The translations under genes were made by a program, and so were the position numbers. A stretch of 64,000 bases of DNA from contig CM052818.1 of assembly GCA_028534125.1 (NCBI GenBank), forward strand, positions 4,280,001 through 4,344,000, read 5' to 3'. Each line of letters begins with the position of its first letter. Position 1 is the first letter of the stretch. Source of the DNA: Lama glama (Eukaryota). Under the pieces are notes generated by a model. It was not told the DNA's origin, did not search any database, and saw only the letters and a program-made list of their open reading frames with translations. Positions 1 to 12,809 of this stretch are shown piece by piece.

Positions 1-610
1 CCACGGCTCGGGGAGGCGTGCTAGGCGGAGTCTGCGAGGCTCCCGGAGGCACAGGGTGGCCGGGCTCCAGGCAGGGGCACGTCGGGTCGCCCGGGCACGC
101 GCGCGGCTGGGGACCCGGGAGTCGCCCCGGGGCCAGAGCGTCGGGGACGCAGAGGCGGCAGCTCCAGGCGAGGACACGCCGCAGGGAGCTCGCGTTCCCT
201 GGGCTCAGGCTTCGGAACGGCCGCCTGGGGCGGGAACGCGGGCGGTGGCGCTCGCCGCGGGGCGCAGCGCGGACTCGGCGCCGGAGGCTCGCGCCGCGCA
301 CGGCTGCGGCCGCCCCGGGGCTCCGCACCTCCCCGCCGGCTCACCTGGGCGGCCCGTCCCGATGCGCCGGGCCGATTTCAGAGCACCGAGAGCGGCCCCC
401 CTCCGGCCCACGCTGCCCTCGCAGGACACGCTGGGCGTCACCCAAACCTCGCTCCCTCGGGCAAGCCCAGCTGGACAGCGGACTCAGCTCCGTTTCGGCC
501 GCCTGACCTCTGTGTTAGAGGCTCGGAGAACTGCTTTCTGGAAAGCAAGGAAGTGGCGGGAGGGGGACAGTGTGGATGCCAGAGAGAGGGAGGAGCGCCC
601 CCCTCCACCA
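1..610. promoter_or_regulatory. CpG island, with probable minus-strand non-coding first exon ending at donor CAG|GTGAGC (exon boundary 345)
   Basis: Very GC- and CpG-rich; plus-strand gctcacctg at 339-347 is a consensus donor on the minus strand; no minus-strand ATG in 345-600. Confidence 0.6.
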
Positions 611-705
611 CCACCAGCAAGGATGTCTTTTCAGAGAGCTAGGGTGGCCAGAGATGACTTACAGAGCACACATCTCCTCCAAAAGTCTACAAATTTCTCA
701 AGAAG

Positions 706-1695
706 TTAAGTATAAAATTACTTTCTGACCCAGCAATTCCACTTCCAAAAAAATCGAACGCAGAGACTCAGATCCTTGTGTACCAATGTACATAGCAGAG
801 ATACTGACAACAGCCCAAAAGGTGGAAACGGCCCAAATGTTCATCAACTGATGCATGGATTTTTAAAACGTGGTATTTGCATACAATAGAACATTTCTCA
901 TCCTTTAGAAAAGTAATGAAGTATAACAAGTGTTGTAGAGGATGTGGAGAAATTGGAACCCTTGTCCTCCCCTTCTCTCTGGCATCCACACTGTCCCCCT
1001 CTCGCTACTTCCTTGCTTTCCAGAAAGCAGTTCTCTGAACCTCTAACACAGAGGTCAAGGTTGGTGGGAAGGTAAAATGATGCAGCCGCTGTGGAAAACA
1101 GTATGGCAAGTCCTCAAAAAATTAAAAAAAATTTTTTTTACATTTGATCCAGATAATTTCACCTCTGGGTATAGTCCCAAAATAATTGAAAGCAGGGCCT
1201 CAAAGAGATACATGTACAACTATGTTCACAGCAGCATTTACCACAACAGCCAAAAGGTGGAAGCAATCCAAATGTCTATCGATAGATGAATGGGTAAATA
1301 AACTGTAGTAGATACATACAAAGGAATATTTGTCAGCCTTTAAAAGGAAGGAAATTCTCACAGATGTTTCACTATGGATGAACCTTAAAAACATTATGCT
1401 AAGTGAAATACGCCAGTTGCAAAAAGACAAATACTGTATAATTCCATTTATTTGTGGTACCCAGAGGCATCAAAATCATAGAAACTGGAAATAGAATGGT
1501 AGTTGCAGGGGGCTAGCGAGGGGGGACATAAAGGAAGGGGAGTTCCTATTTAATGGGTACAAAGGTTTAGTTTCTCAAGATAAAAAGGGTCCTGGTGATG
1601 CATGGTGGTGATGGCTTTTTAACAGTTTGAATTCACTTAGCTGTACACTTTTAAATGGTGAAGATGGTAAGTCTTATGTGTATTTTACTACAGTG
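706..1695 (+). mobile_element. Old L1 (L1M-type) ORF2-end/3'UTR fragments, interrupted at 965-1057
   Basis: L1 hallmarks: gacccagcaattccact, ggatgtggagaaattggaaccc, gtggaaaacagtatgg, atggatgaaccttaaaaacattatgctaagtgaaa. Confidence 0.85.
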
Positions 1696-1714
1696 GGAAA
1701 GAAATGGGGTAAAA

Positions 1715-2014
1715 AAAGAATTGATACAGGCTACAAAATGGGTGAATCTTGAAAACATCATGGTAAGTGAAAAAAGCCAGACACAACAGAGCGAACACAT
1801 GACTCCACGTATATGAAGTACCTACAGGAGGCAGATTCACAGAGTTAGAAAGTATAGAAGTGGGGAGGAATGGGGAGTTACTGTTTAATAGACACAGAAT
1901 TTCTGTTTGGGGTGATGACAAAGTTTGGGAAATGGATAGCAGTAATGGCTGCACAACATTGTGAATACACTTAATGTCACTGAATTGTATACTTAAAATT
2001 GTTAAAAAAAAAAA
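1715..2014 (+). mobile_element. L1MB-like 3' end with A tail
   Basis: gaatcttgaaaacatcatggtaagtgaaa ... cactgaattgtatacttaaaattgttaaaaaaaaaaa. Confidence 0.8.
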
Positions 2015-2384
2015 AGCTATTCAAGAGCCCAGCCCTCCTTAGCAAAGCATCAGTTCGGCCTCCAGTTGTCCACGATGGAAAGGGGGCTGCCAGCGATCTG
2101 GACTTGACTCCTCTTTGCCGCTCTCAAATGTCAGGCAAGTCACATAACCTTTCTAAGGCTCCCTTTCCTCCTTTACTCAATGAATGAGTTGAGTTTGCGC
2201 TAGGAAATCTCTCCAGCTTCCCACACTTCCTGCAGTGTCTTCCCCTGGTCCATATCCCTCCATGGACACCTTCTTCTGTTATTGCCACAAAATTCCTGCC
2301 TTTTGCAAAAATGTCACCACCCTTTCACATCTCCGAGTCTCGCGTCTTCTGGAGCGTGGAACGTAAGAGTGATTAAGGAGAGTG

Positions 2385-2590
2385 ATTAAAGAAAGTGGTT
2401 AAGTCCGCTGCCTCCTCTCTACCCAGCACTGCACACAGGAGCTGTGTGACCCTGGGCAGTGTGCTAACCACAGCCTATCTTTCCCATCTGTAAAACGGGT
2501 GACACTGGCTCCTACTGGGTAAGGTTGTTGTGAGGATTAGATAAGGTGAGGCGGATGAAGCACTTGGCACAATGCAGGCACCTGAAAAGT
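2385..2590 (+). mobile_element. MIR SINE
   Basis: MIR core: agctgtgtgaccctgggcag ... catctgtaaaacggg ... ggttgttgtgaggattagata. Confidence 0.7.
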
Positions 2591-3013
2591 GCCACTGGTT
2601 ATTCGCACTCTGTGATTCTTTCCATACACTGCCCCCTGAGATCCTAAGCAACCTTTGTCATTTCTTCCAGGAAGCATTCCTTGATTCCCCCAATGCTTTT
2701 CACACCCTTCCTTACCACTGGGCACCTCTCTTTAAACAGACTTCTGTGTACTAATTTGCTTCTCATCTTGCACAGTTTTCTGAAAAAGGGATGGGTCTTG
2801 TTCATTTTTGAATCCTGTTCTGCATTGTTTCTCAGACTTGCCTGATGATAAGATTTTTCTGGGGTGCTAATTAAACACATTGATTCCTTGGTCCCGCCCC
2901 ACCCTCGGGGAACACAGGAGTTAGACAGATACTGATCTGTCATTCCATACAGCGTATTTGTGTTCGTGCCACATAGTGTGTCTTCCTGACCACTTACTTC
3001 TACTCAAAAAATC

Positions 3014-3513
3014 NNNNNNNNNNNNNNNNNNNNNNNNNNNNNNNNNNNNNNNNNNNNNNNNNNNNNNNNNNNNNNNNNNNNNNNNNNNNNNNNNNNNNNN
3101 NNNNNNNNNNNNNNNNNNNNNNNNNNNNNNNNNNNNNNNNNNNNNNNNNNNNNNNNNNNNNNNNNNNNNNNNNNNNNNNNNNNNNNNNNNNNNNNNNNNN
3201 NNNNNNNNNNNNNNNNNNNNNNNNNNNNNNNNNNNNNNNNNNNNNNNNNNNNNNNNNNNNNNNNNNNNNNNNNNNNNNNNNNNNNNNNNNNNNNNNNNNN
3301 NNNNNNNNNNNNNNNNNNNNNNNNNNNNNNNNNNNNNNNNNNNNNNNNNNNNNNNNNNNNNNNNNNNNNNNNNNNNNNNNNNNNNNNNNNNNNNNNNNNN
3401 NNNNNNNNNNNNNNNNNNNNNNNNNNNNNNNNNNNNNNNNNNNNNNNNNNNNNNNNNNNNNNNNNNNNNNNNNNNNNNNNNNNNNNNNNNNNNNNNNNNN
3501 NNNNNNNNNNNNN
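3014..3513. other. Assembly gap (500 N)
   Basis: Exactly 500 Ns, a fixed-size scaffolding gap of unknown true length. Confidence 1.
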
Positions 3514-3599
3514 CACCACTTTCCCCAAGAGATCACACTTAACGCCAACAACAGGACAAACCAAGAGCGAGCTGCGCCTCCTGACCTGCTGCTGAGTTC

Positions 3600-4148
3600 A
3601 CGTCACTAATAAAGGGAATGTTCTTGCCCAAGTGTTTAACCTGAATCTAATTATGTGGAAACCACCAGACAAATTGAAATTGTGGCCATTCTGTGAAACA
3701 GCTGGCCGGGCCTCCTATAAGCATTAATGCCATGGAAGACAGTTCTAGATTGAAGATAATATATGATTGGATTCTAAATTTTTTTAACACTGAAAAGAGC
3801 ATTATTTGGAAAGTTGGGTAAAACTGAATATGAAATACTAAAATTGATGCACAATTATAAATTTCTCAGGTATAATTTATGCAGTTTACATACATAATTT
3901 ATGTAGAAATAGTCTTGTCTTTAGGTGATATGTGCTGACATAGGGAAGAAGCACCACAAAGCATGAATGTACTTCCAAATAGGTTCAGGAGAAAGGGGGA
4001 GAGAGAAAGAGAGAGAAAAAGAAAGTAAATGTGGCAAAAAGTTAACCCTTAATGGATGTAAGTTAAGGGCACATAGGCGTTTGTTGTACAGTCTTTCAAC
4101 TTTTCTGCAGGTCTGAAATCTTTTGAAAGGTAAAGCTGAAGGAAAAAT
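3600..4148 (+). mobile_element. Ancient L1 (L1MC/L1ME-like) 3' region
   Basis: tttaacctgaatctaattatg ... gtaaatgtggcaaaaagttaac ... tttcaacttttctgcaggtctgaaat, typical of old L1 3' ends. Confidence 0.6.
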
Positions 4149-4679
4149 AGCTAAAATTTCAAAAATGTTGGTACATTTTTGGTTGGTACTAAAAGAGTCA
4201 TCATCAGGAAATCAAAAATGTAGTGTACATGATTGCTAAGTACAATGATAATTGAAGTGTGATTCAATTTATAGCCATTCCAGTGAAATTTTTAATTTTT
4301 AATAGCCTCTGTTTAGTTATATGCTTTTTTAAAAAAAAAAAAAAAAGGTCTTTGATTTAGACTAAGCACCCCAAACTGGTAGCCAACACACTACAAATCA
4401 CACAGTATCTTTTTTAAGCTGTTACTCTGAAGAGTATCCGTACCCTCCTTTTCTCCACAGTCCCCAGCACTCCCTACAATCTTCCACGTAGCCCACTTCA
4501 CTCTTTATTGCATACCTGGACTCTGCAGGCGTTTTGAACTTGTAATTCATGATTTACTCTACACTTAACTTCTCCAGATGCTAATTCTTCACAAATGACA
4601 CTGTGTACCAGAGGCTACCAATTGCTTAATCAGTATCTATTCATTTCTTCTTTCAGACTAATATTATTTCCAATTTTTC

Positions 4680-5480
4680 AAGGGTAACAATACACCCAGC
4701 CCAGAATTCCTCTTAGCTGTGGATGACTAAGAGGCACATTTCCAGCCAGGATATATGAAAGAGTGTGTACCGAGGGCTTTTTCTAGTTTCTGTATCTGAT
4801 GTTTTGATATGTAAGAACTTGCTGACTCGGGAAGTACCACCCCTCCCAGGGTTACCAGAGTCTCAGATAATAAATGACTCACCTGCAAGTGAACCTTTCA
4901 CACGCAAAGGGACCCATCCAAAGCCACATCCCATCATGGCTTTACCTGGATCAGAAAACTATGGGTGGCCCCTACACCTGTACCCCCTGCCTTGTCCATT
5001 CCTTCCCAAGAAAACCACAATAAAGGCCTTCCTGCAGTCCCCTAGCTCTCTGCCTTCTGCCTTCCACCAACAGGGCCTGGTGTGGCTGTCCTGCTCTCTT
5101 CTGCAAACTGTGAGTAATAAGTTATCTTTTCAGTGAACATCTCCCGGCCCGCAGGCCTCACCATACCCAGCAAAACAACAAAACTACACTCTAAAGCAGA
5201 GTGGCGCTTCCGGGAAGATTACCGTCTTCCTGATAAAAAGGAACAAGTTCAACTGGCACGCGCCTTTCCCCACTACCTTCCTCCTTTTTCTCCTGCTTAA
5301 ATGCGACACTTCAAGATACAGCGGCCACCTTATGACCACAGGAACACAGGAAAGCCCAGGTCTTGAGTAGTTACCCCCGTCCTGGACTGGCTGCCCCTGA
5401 GGTTCCGTTAGAGAAAAAAAAAATCAATTTGATTAAGCTGCTGTCAGTCATGGTGCTGTCCCGTGCAGCCAAAGCTTTTA
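4680..5480 (+). mobile_element. MaLR (MLT1-type) LTR split by a nested solo LTR
   Basis: MLT1-like segments either side of 4766-5198 (ttcctgataaaaagg, gcggccaccttatgacc, ttaagctgctg ... tgcagccaaagc). Confidence 0.5.
4766..5198 (+). mobile_element. Solo ERV LTR (MER39/MER21-like), 433 bp
   Basis: TG...CA termini, perfect 5-bp TSD gagtg (4761-4765 and 5199-5203), internal aataaa. Confidence 0.8.
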
Positions 5481-7649
5481 TGACCAACACACATTACTCG
5501 AACAATGGCTATATTAATACTGGACATCTGATAGCAAATTCACTTATGCTCGGTCAGTCACAGAAGGAATATCAGGAAACAGAAAATTGAGCGTTCAAGT
5601 ACAAGAACAGTTAATATTAAAAGAACCGCACAGCATACAGCAGGAGCTTAGAAGAGAGATCCTGGAGGCCACACGGACTGAAGAACGATGCTGAAATCAC
5701 TTCTGGTCTTTGTTAGCAACAGCTAAAATGACAGCAATTTTTCTTCAGATACTATGGAAAAAACCCTTTTACTTGAATTCTTCCTCCTGTTTCTTGACTG
5801 GGGACAGGGCTCTCTGTTTCTGTACCACTTTTGCGCTGATACAATGTGGATCCCTTACCTTTGATCTTCTCACTTTGAATTAGGTATTTCATGTGTTATG
5901 ACGTACATATTTAAGACGTGAAGTTTGTGGCAGAAGACATGAAAACATAATAGAACTGTTTGTGATTTGTCTGCCAAATATTTATTTGTGGCATTTATAG
6001 AAGTCAAACAAAATGAAGGTTTTCTTATGCTACCAGCAGAAATGCTTAGATGTCTTGAATCAAGGTCTCTGACCTATTTGTTTAATATTTCCAAAATTCT
6101 AAAAATAAAAAAATTAACCTGAAAAAAGTAAAAGCAGAAAAGCTACTGGACCCTGAAACAGAAGAGAACGGTACCTTTCATTTCATTTTTGCCCGTATGT
6201 AACATTGAATGAAAAACCAACATCAGTTAATTTTTCTGCCAATGCTTTCCTAGAGAAATTTCTCATTATCATAGACAGAATATAATACATCTCATGAATT
6301 CAGTATTCCCATTTAGCCTGATTCCTATAAAAGGAAGAACAGAGAAGAGGCAAAATTTGTTTGTTTTTCTTAGTATAAACTACATAACAAACCAAGGGCT
6401 AAGATGATAAAAAATTTCCTTGTACAATACTTTATAATTTACAATGCTTCCACACAAGATTGCCTGGTTTGCTCTATCAACAACAAAGTCAAACTTCCAT
6501 GGTAGAGAAAAACAGAAAATCAAAATGGTATGGGATTTCAGCCTGTATTATGAGATAATACATACGCCTAAAGAAACACGAAAACTACTTCAGGCATAAT
6601 TGGCATAAAATTCTTTCCTAGAATTTATTTTGTGGGTGTGGCAAGTAAATAAAGTCTAAAAGGAAGGCCTAAATTGAAGAGAGCTGACAAACGATAAAAT
6701 TTTCTTATCTAGGGTGTTTCTCAGTATCGGGTCCAGCATCCACTCCAGAGTCCAGCTGTCAATGCTGAGACGGCTGTAACGTGAGGTGACGAGGGAATCT
6801 AATTTAAAGAGCCAAGCTGCTGGCACAAGGTGTTTGACATCACTGCACATGGAACGCACCAAGGTCCAACTTCTGGTATTAAGAAACGACACGTCTAAGG
6901 AAATAGACTCGAGTTTGGCCAGAGGCTCTCAGGGCAGACTCCAGCTCATGAATAATCTCTCTTTCAAAGGTTATTAATACACTGGACGTGGCCTTTGAAA
7001 CTTGTGAACTGACTTTCACATATGAGAAACCGTGTAAATAGCAGTTCGGGTTTCAGGCTACCTCACAAGCACCTGTGTAATCCATAATACTGATAAATAT
7101 GGATCATTTAAACTTTTCAAAGTAAGAGCTGATGCTTTCTGAGCTCCTAATTCAATGTGGCTGAACTGTTAGGCCACATGATCGAATTTTGTGCTGACTT
7201 GTTTCCAGTGAAATTTCAACTCAACCTGTCTGGACTGCGGTCCTGCTTACACAGTGAATGCGGTATAAATGTGATCATCATCTCCATAATTATTATGATA
7301 GAGGCAACACAGTGAGTAACAACAGAAGCACAGCTAAGTAAGATAAAACTGGGTCTAAAGCCCCACTTGGGACTTTGGTAAATTCAGGTTTCTAAATACT
7401 TATTTAGTTCAGTTTGGCAAACATTTCTCAAAGACCTATTCCATGCCAAATCTGGTTTCTAAACAGAACTATATTTAGAGGTTTTAAAAATACAGATACT
7501 CCGAAATTACCTACAGAATCTTATTACCAGAGAAGGGAGCTGAGACAGAGGTCTGGAGGCATGTGAGAAGATGGCGTATTAACACTGAGTAGCACGTGGG
7601 AGACGATAATTTGGAGATGTTGATTTTGAAATAAATATGTATGAAAAAT

Positions 7650-8480
7650 AACTCACTGCACACCTATTAGAATGGCCAAAATCCAAATGCTGACAAGGAT
7701 GTGGAACGAAAGGAACTCTCACCCACTGATGGTGGGAATGCAAAATGCTACAGCTGCTTCGGAAAAGAGATGGCAGCTTCTTTCAAAACTAAACACACTC
7801 CCACCATACTATCCAGCAACTGCACTAATATTTACCCAAAAGAACTGAACACTGATGTTCACATAAAAAATTGCACAGAGGTGTTTATAACAGCTTTATT
7901 CATAATTGTCAAAATGTGGAAGTAACCGAGATATCCTTCAGTAGGCAGGTAACTGTGGAACATCCAGACAATGGAACATTACTCACCACTAAAAAAGCGA
8001 TGAAAAGCCATGGAAGAAACTTGAATACATATTAGTAAGTGAAAGAAGCCAATCTAAAAAGTCTACATATACATATGGCATGATTCCAACTATATGATAT
8101 TCTGGAAAAGGTAAAACTATGGTAAAAAGATGGTAAAAATGTTCAGTAGTTGCCAGGGGTTGGGAGGGGAAGGGAAGATGAACAGACAGAGGAGCACAGA
8201 GGATTTTCAGGGCAGTGAAACTATTCTGTGACTACAGTGGTAGTGGTGGATACATGTCATTACACATTTGTCCAAACCCGCAGAATGTACACCAAGCGTG
8301 AACCCTACTGTAAACTGTGGGCTTCGGGTGATAATGACACTTTAATACAGGTTCATCAGATATACTGCTGTGGTACCGGATGTTGACGTGGGGGAGGCTG
8401 AGCGGGGAGGGGGCAGAGGGTACATGGGAACTCTGTATTTTCTGCTCCATTCTGCTGTAAATCTAGTAAAATAAAGCCAA
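7650..8480 (+). mobile_element. Old L1 (L1MB/MC-like) 3' fragment
   Basis: cacacctattagaatggccaaaatcc, ggatgtggaacgaaaggaactctca, tggtgggaatgcaaaatg, 3'UTR motifs. Confidence 0.85.
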
Positions 8481-8590
8481 GGAAGGAAGGAAAAGAGAAA
8501 GAAACAGAAAGAAAGGAGGAAAGAAACAGAAAGGAGGAAAGGAAGCAAGGAAGAAAAGAAAGAAAGAAAAAAAGCAAAAAAGAAAACAAA
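8480..8590 (+). repeat. Purine-rich (GAAA/GGAA) low-complexity tract at L1 tail
   Basis: Directly visible. Confidence 0.85.
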
Positions 8591-9319
8591 CTAGTCCATA
8601 ATGTTAAAGCAATGTCTGTAAAAGTTTAACAGAATCATTGATGTAATACGATCATCCCTCAAGTCTACTCAGCACTTGACCAATCATCCAATATGCCACA
8701 CACTTTCTAATCTTGGAGCCATTAAGTACACATTCATTTAGCCTGACGGGCCCTCCCCGTGCCACCCCCGTCCCCCACCCACTAAAATTCTAACTGTCCA
8801 AACACTTCAAAGTCAGTGCCATATGTCCCTGAGGTCATGCAGCCATCTGACCCTTCATCTGAATGGTGGGTTCCTTCCTCCCCCTCTCTGTACCACGTCA
8901 CAGCTTTCTGTTTGGCTCGTGGTATGGAAACAAAACTTCTCACGTGACCTTTTAAAGATCAGAGGTTACAGTATCTAAAAATCTAGGTGTCTTGCTTTTG
9001 AGAGAAATGGTATGACACTACTTACCAGGTGGGCATGGGGGTGGGCAGCAGGAACGGCACTACAGGTCCCTCTCCTCGTGGCCTCCCCAGCGCCGAGGCA
9101 GAGGTCATCTACAACACTGCTGTCATTCACCATTGTCCCTGCGTTATTTTTCTTACTCCCTCTCACTCCGCCCCCTGGAGATGCCTGCCTAGCTCCCTTC
9201 CCTAGTCACTCACTTCTCTGTCTCTCCTACCTACTGCCTTTAATTCTCCCGAGAACAAGGTTTTATTTCTCTTTCCTCATTCCCATCTAATTATAGGATA
9301 TTTTCATTAACGATTTTCT

Positions 9320-9462
9320 CTTTTTTCTGTATATATATATATATTTTTAGTTGAAGTATACTCAGTTGACAATGTTTTGTCAGTTTCTGGTATATAGCAT
9401 AATGTCTCAGTCATACATGTACAAGCATATATTCCCTTTCATATTTTTTCATCACAAGTTAC
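9320..9462 (-). mobile_element. Short 5'-truncated L1 3' end with TSD
   Basis: agttgaagtata ... gtttctggtatatagcataatg; TSD cattaacgattttct / cattaactactttct. Confidence 0.75.
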
Positions 9463-10253
9463 CATTAACTACTTTCTGAATTTACTAGTCAACAAAATAG
9501 GAAAACTGTTAAGACAATCCATCACAAATGCTGCTCCTTAAGCTGTAGCAGTTGGTAGCCCTGCCTCTTAATATTTATATTCACTTCCAAACTCTACGCT
9601 ATCCTTTTCACATCTAAGTTGCAAGTAGGCGCTTTATGAGTGAGGCTGAGAGGCAGATCAGAAAGAGATCATGTGTTGAAGGCCTATTATGTGCCAGGCA
9701 TTGTACTAGGCTCGAAGGAGGGGTAAAAACCCAGCAGCTGGGAGTGTTTGGCACAACCCTAGGGACCAACCTTGCCGGCCCAGGTAGGCCTAGCATTCCA
9801 GGATAGCCGGTGGCCTCTGGCAACAAGCAGGAACAGGGCATGGTTACCAGGCCCGGAGGGGTGGGGGCGGGGTTACATCATATACACTTAGTGGGACACC
9901 CAGCAGTCTTAGATGTGTGAACTGAGGCCAGGTGAAGGGTCTACACCAGAGCCCAGGACCACCCCCATCCCTGACTGGAGGCCTCCTCTCTGTTTAACTA
10001 ATGCAGTAGATTCAATCACATCTGCTGTTAGGAAATCTCACTGGACACCTGGTGCTATCCTAGGCCCTCAGAAAGAAGCCCGATCATAAAGAAATGTGTC
10101 CTATTATCCCTGTTATCAAAACAGAATATGGAAAATTTGAAATCAGAAAGAGTAGTTTTCATCTAAGAGCACAATCAAATTTAATTAAAGAAAAACCATT
10201 AAAGCAAATAATTGGGCCTAATGGTATGCTGTTGAGATGCTGTAAAACCTTTT

Positions 10254-10602
10254 TCTTAACTAAATTTTTTACTTCAGATAGTTGTAGATTCGTGGTTAAA
10301 AGATATGTTACAGAAAGAGCTCTTGTATCATTTACTGTTTCCCCCAGCGGTAACATCCTGCAAAACTACAGCACAGTGTCACAACCGTATACTGATACTG
10401 ATGTAGTCAAGACACAAAACAAATCCCTCATTGCTGTTTTACAGCCATACCCGATTCCCTCCTGCTCCCTCCACCTCCGAACCTCTGGCAACCCCTAATC
10501 TGCTCCCCATGTTTATAATTTTGTCATTTTAATAATAGGTAAGTGAAATCATATAATATGTAACTTTGGGGATTGGCTGTTTTCACCCAGGATAACCCAT
10601 CC
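10254..10602 (-). mobile_element. L1MC-like 3' fragment with perfect 16-bp TSD
   Basis: tgctgtaaaacctttt at 10238-10253 and 10603-10618; ggtaacatcctgcaaaactac, ctggcaacccctaatctg motifs. Confidence 0.75.
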
Positions 10603-12465
10603 TGCTGTAAAACCTTTTAATTGGTGATCATGAGACAAGTACAACTCAGAAAACAAACACCTTGGTTTCGCTGATTCACACGAACTCAAACAGCACAAGG
10701 AAATGAAATTTTCCTGTGCTCTGTAACCTACAAGGGTTGTCCATAAAGGTTTTCCTGCCAGTGTAATGACATGAAGATATCCTCACTGTCAGACTGTTTT
10801 ACCACAAAGAATGTTTTACACGTTGGAATTATAAACCTTTATGCTTGTGTGGCCATGAAGGTTTGTGAAACTTGTCTCCAAAAAACACAGCTCATTATGT
10901 TCAAAAATCATCCTTATTATTATAAATCACTTCAGATCGATATGAAATTTACAATGAGCTACTTGAGTTTTCCCACTCAGAAATGAGTCTTTGCTCTCAC
11001 ACTACAAAAAAAAAAAAGAGAGAGAGAGAGAAAGAAAAAGAAATAAAGGAAGAAAAACCCTCACTGGAATTGCTGTTGTTCGAAACAGCAGCACTCACGT
11101 AGAGTTTAAGCCACGGCAGAGAAGAAACACCTGTCAGCTCCAAAATCTTAAAAAAAACCCAAGATGGTTTGCTGGTTCTTCAAAGTTTTCCTTCAACACA
11201 TTCAAAACCACTTTCCGTATCTGCCAAACCTGGCCAGAGTCTCATCACTGAATGACTATTCAAAAAGGAAAAGCAAAATCCTGACCCGTTACCATTTTTA
11301 AAAACAGAAACCAAACAGGCTTGTCACACATTAGCAGGCCAATAACACGAAGATCAAGCAACAAATTAATAAGAGGGTTTGCAACCTGTTGCAAGGTTTA
11401 TAAAACATAAGCCTAAAATTCATCCACCATTCAAACCATGCACAGCACACTCTGTTGGTGATACACTTTGTTTTGGAAACCAAAACTCATCAGTCACCAG
11501 ACATAAGATTCTAGATGAATCTCCACTAAGTTTTTAATTCAGATACAGAGAGACAGAGAAATTGGGGGGGGGGAGGAAAAGAAGGAAGGAAGAGGAGGGA
11601 AGAGGAGGGAGGAAGGGAAACTCCCAGGCAGTTCCTTCAGAAATCTGTATAGGTTAATAAACTATGGAGAAAACAATGTTATTTAAACATTTAAGTAACT
11701 ATTTGTCCAGTAAAAAAAAAACAAAAAACAGCAAACTTTCTTGATAACCTTAACACATATATGTACACACACATCCCCCTTTAGAACTGACTTCCCCTTC
11801 ACAACCTCAAACCATCAGTCCTCCTTTTCCTGCCTAGAGAAGGATCCTAAGACTAACAGCAATGAATCCATTTAGGCACTAGCGGTTAACCAGGGTAACA
11901 GTCCACACTCCTTCCTCCGTGGTATTAGCTCCCTGACACAGGTTTGGCGGGACAGTCCAAGAGAAAACCAGAGGGCAAGGCAGACCCATGCCTCATCCAT
12001 CTGTCTGCCCCCCAGTGCTAGGGTCTGCACAACCTGCTGCACAAAGTGAGCACTAAACAAGATATGCTGAACGTTAAGAAAACAATATATATGCATTTAG
12101 GGAGAGACCTACAAAATTCCAGAAGATAGCACGCAAGTTCTCTAACTCCTGAACATCCCAAAGAAACAGAGCCTAGTGGCACTCTATGTCCAAAAGCTTC
12201 TGCGTGCCCTTTAAAAACCCAATCTATAGCTCAATTTTCTCATCTGAACAATGAGGACAAGAGCACCTAACTCATAGGGTTTTGAAAGGATTGAAGAAAT
12301 TGGTTAATAGGTGAAGTCCTGAGATCACTGCCTGGAGCACTACACACTACACAAGGGTTAGCCATTGATATTACTGAAAAACTCTAGTACAGTAAAAGTC
12401 AGGCCCACGCAGCTCAAAAAGAGGCCAAAAGCTTAAGAGAAATTCTTCTAGAAAAGCTAAGATCA

Positions 12466-12700
12466 CAGGTTGGCAAACTTTTCCTGTAAAGGGCCAAACA
12501 CTACTGTAAACATTGTTGGCTCTTCAAGCCAAGAAGCACTATCCTTAGTGCAATTATTCTCCCTGAAAGACTAATACAGGTTTTGTTTTCAATTTGTTTA
12601 CATTTTACATTTTAAAATTTGAGAACCATTCTTAGTATGTGGGGGCCATAAAAAAACAGGCTGGATTTGGACCCAGGGCCACAGTTGGCCGACCCGCGGA
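12466..12700. mobile_element. MER58-like hAT-Charlie DNA transposon
   Basis: caggttggcaaactttt cctgtaaagggcca ... gggccacagttggccgaccc termini. Confidence 0.7.
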
Positions 12701-12809
12701 CCAGATTATGATGGTAACCCAAGTCAGTGCTTTCCAAAGGCCACAGAAGGAAATGTCTGTGAGTTGATGAAAAGTAGCTGGAAAAAAGTGCTACCCTCAA
12801 ACTTCTCAA

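Noticed and set aside
377..397. REST/NRSE-like ttcagagcaccgagagcggcc
   Set aside because: Spacing and both half-sites deviate from TTCAGCACCnnGGACAGCGCC.
18..709. Long overlapping ORFs (162-217 aa) in the first CpG island
   Set aside because: Expected from stop-codon scarcity in GC-rich DNA; Arg/Pro/Gly/Ala-rich with no recognisable domain.
2958..3564. ORFs spanning the first gap
   Set aside because: Artefacts of N runs.
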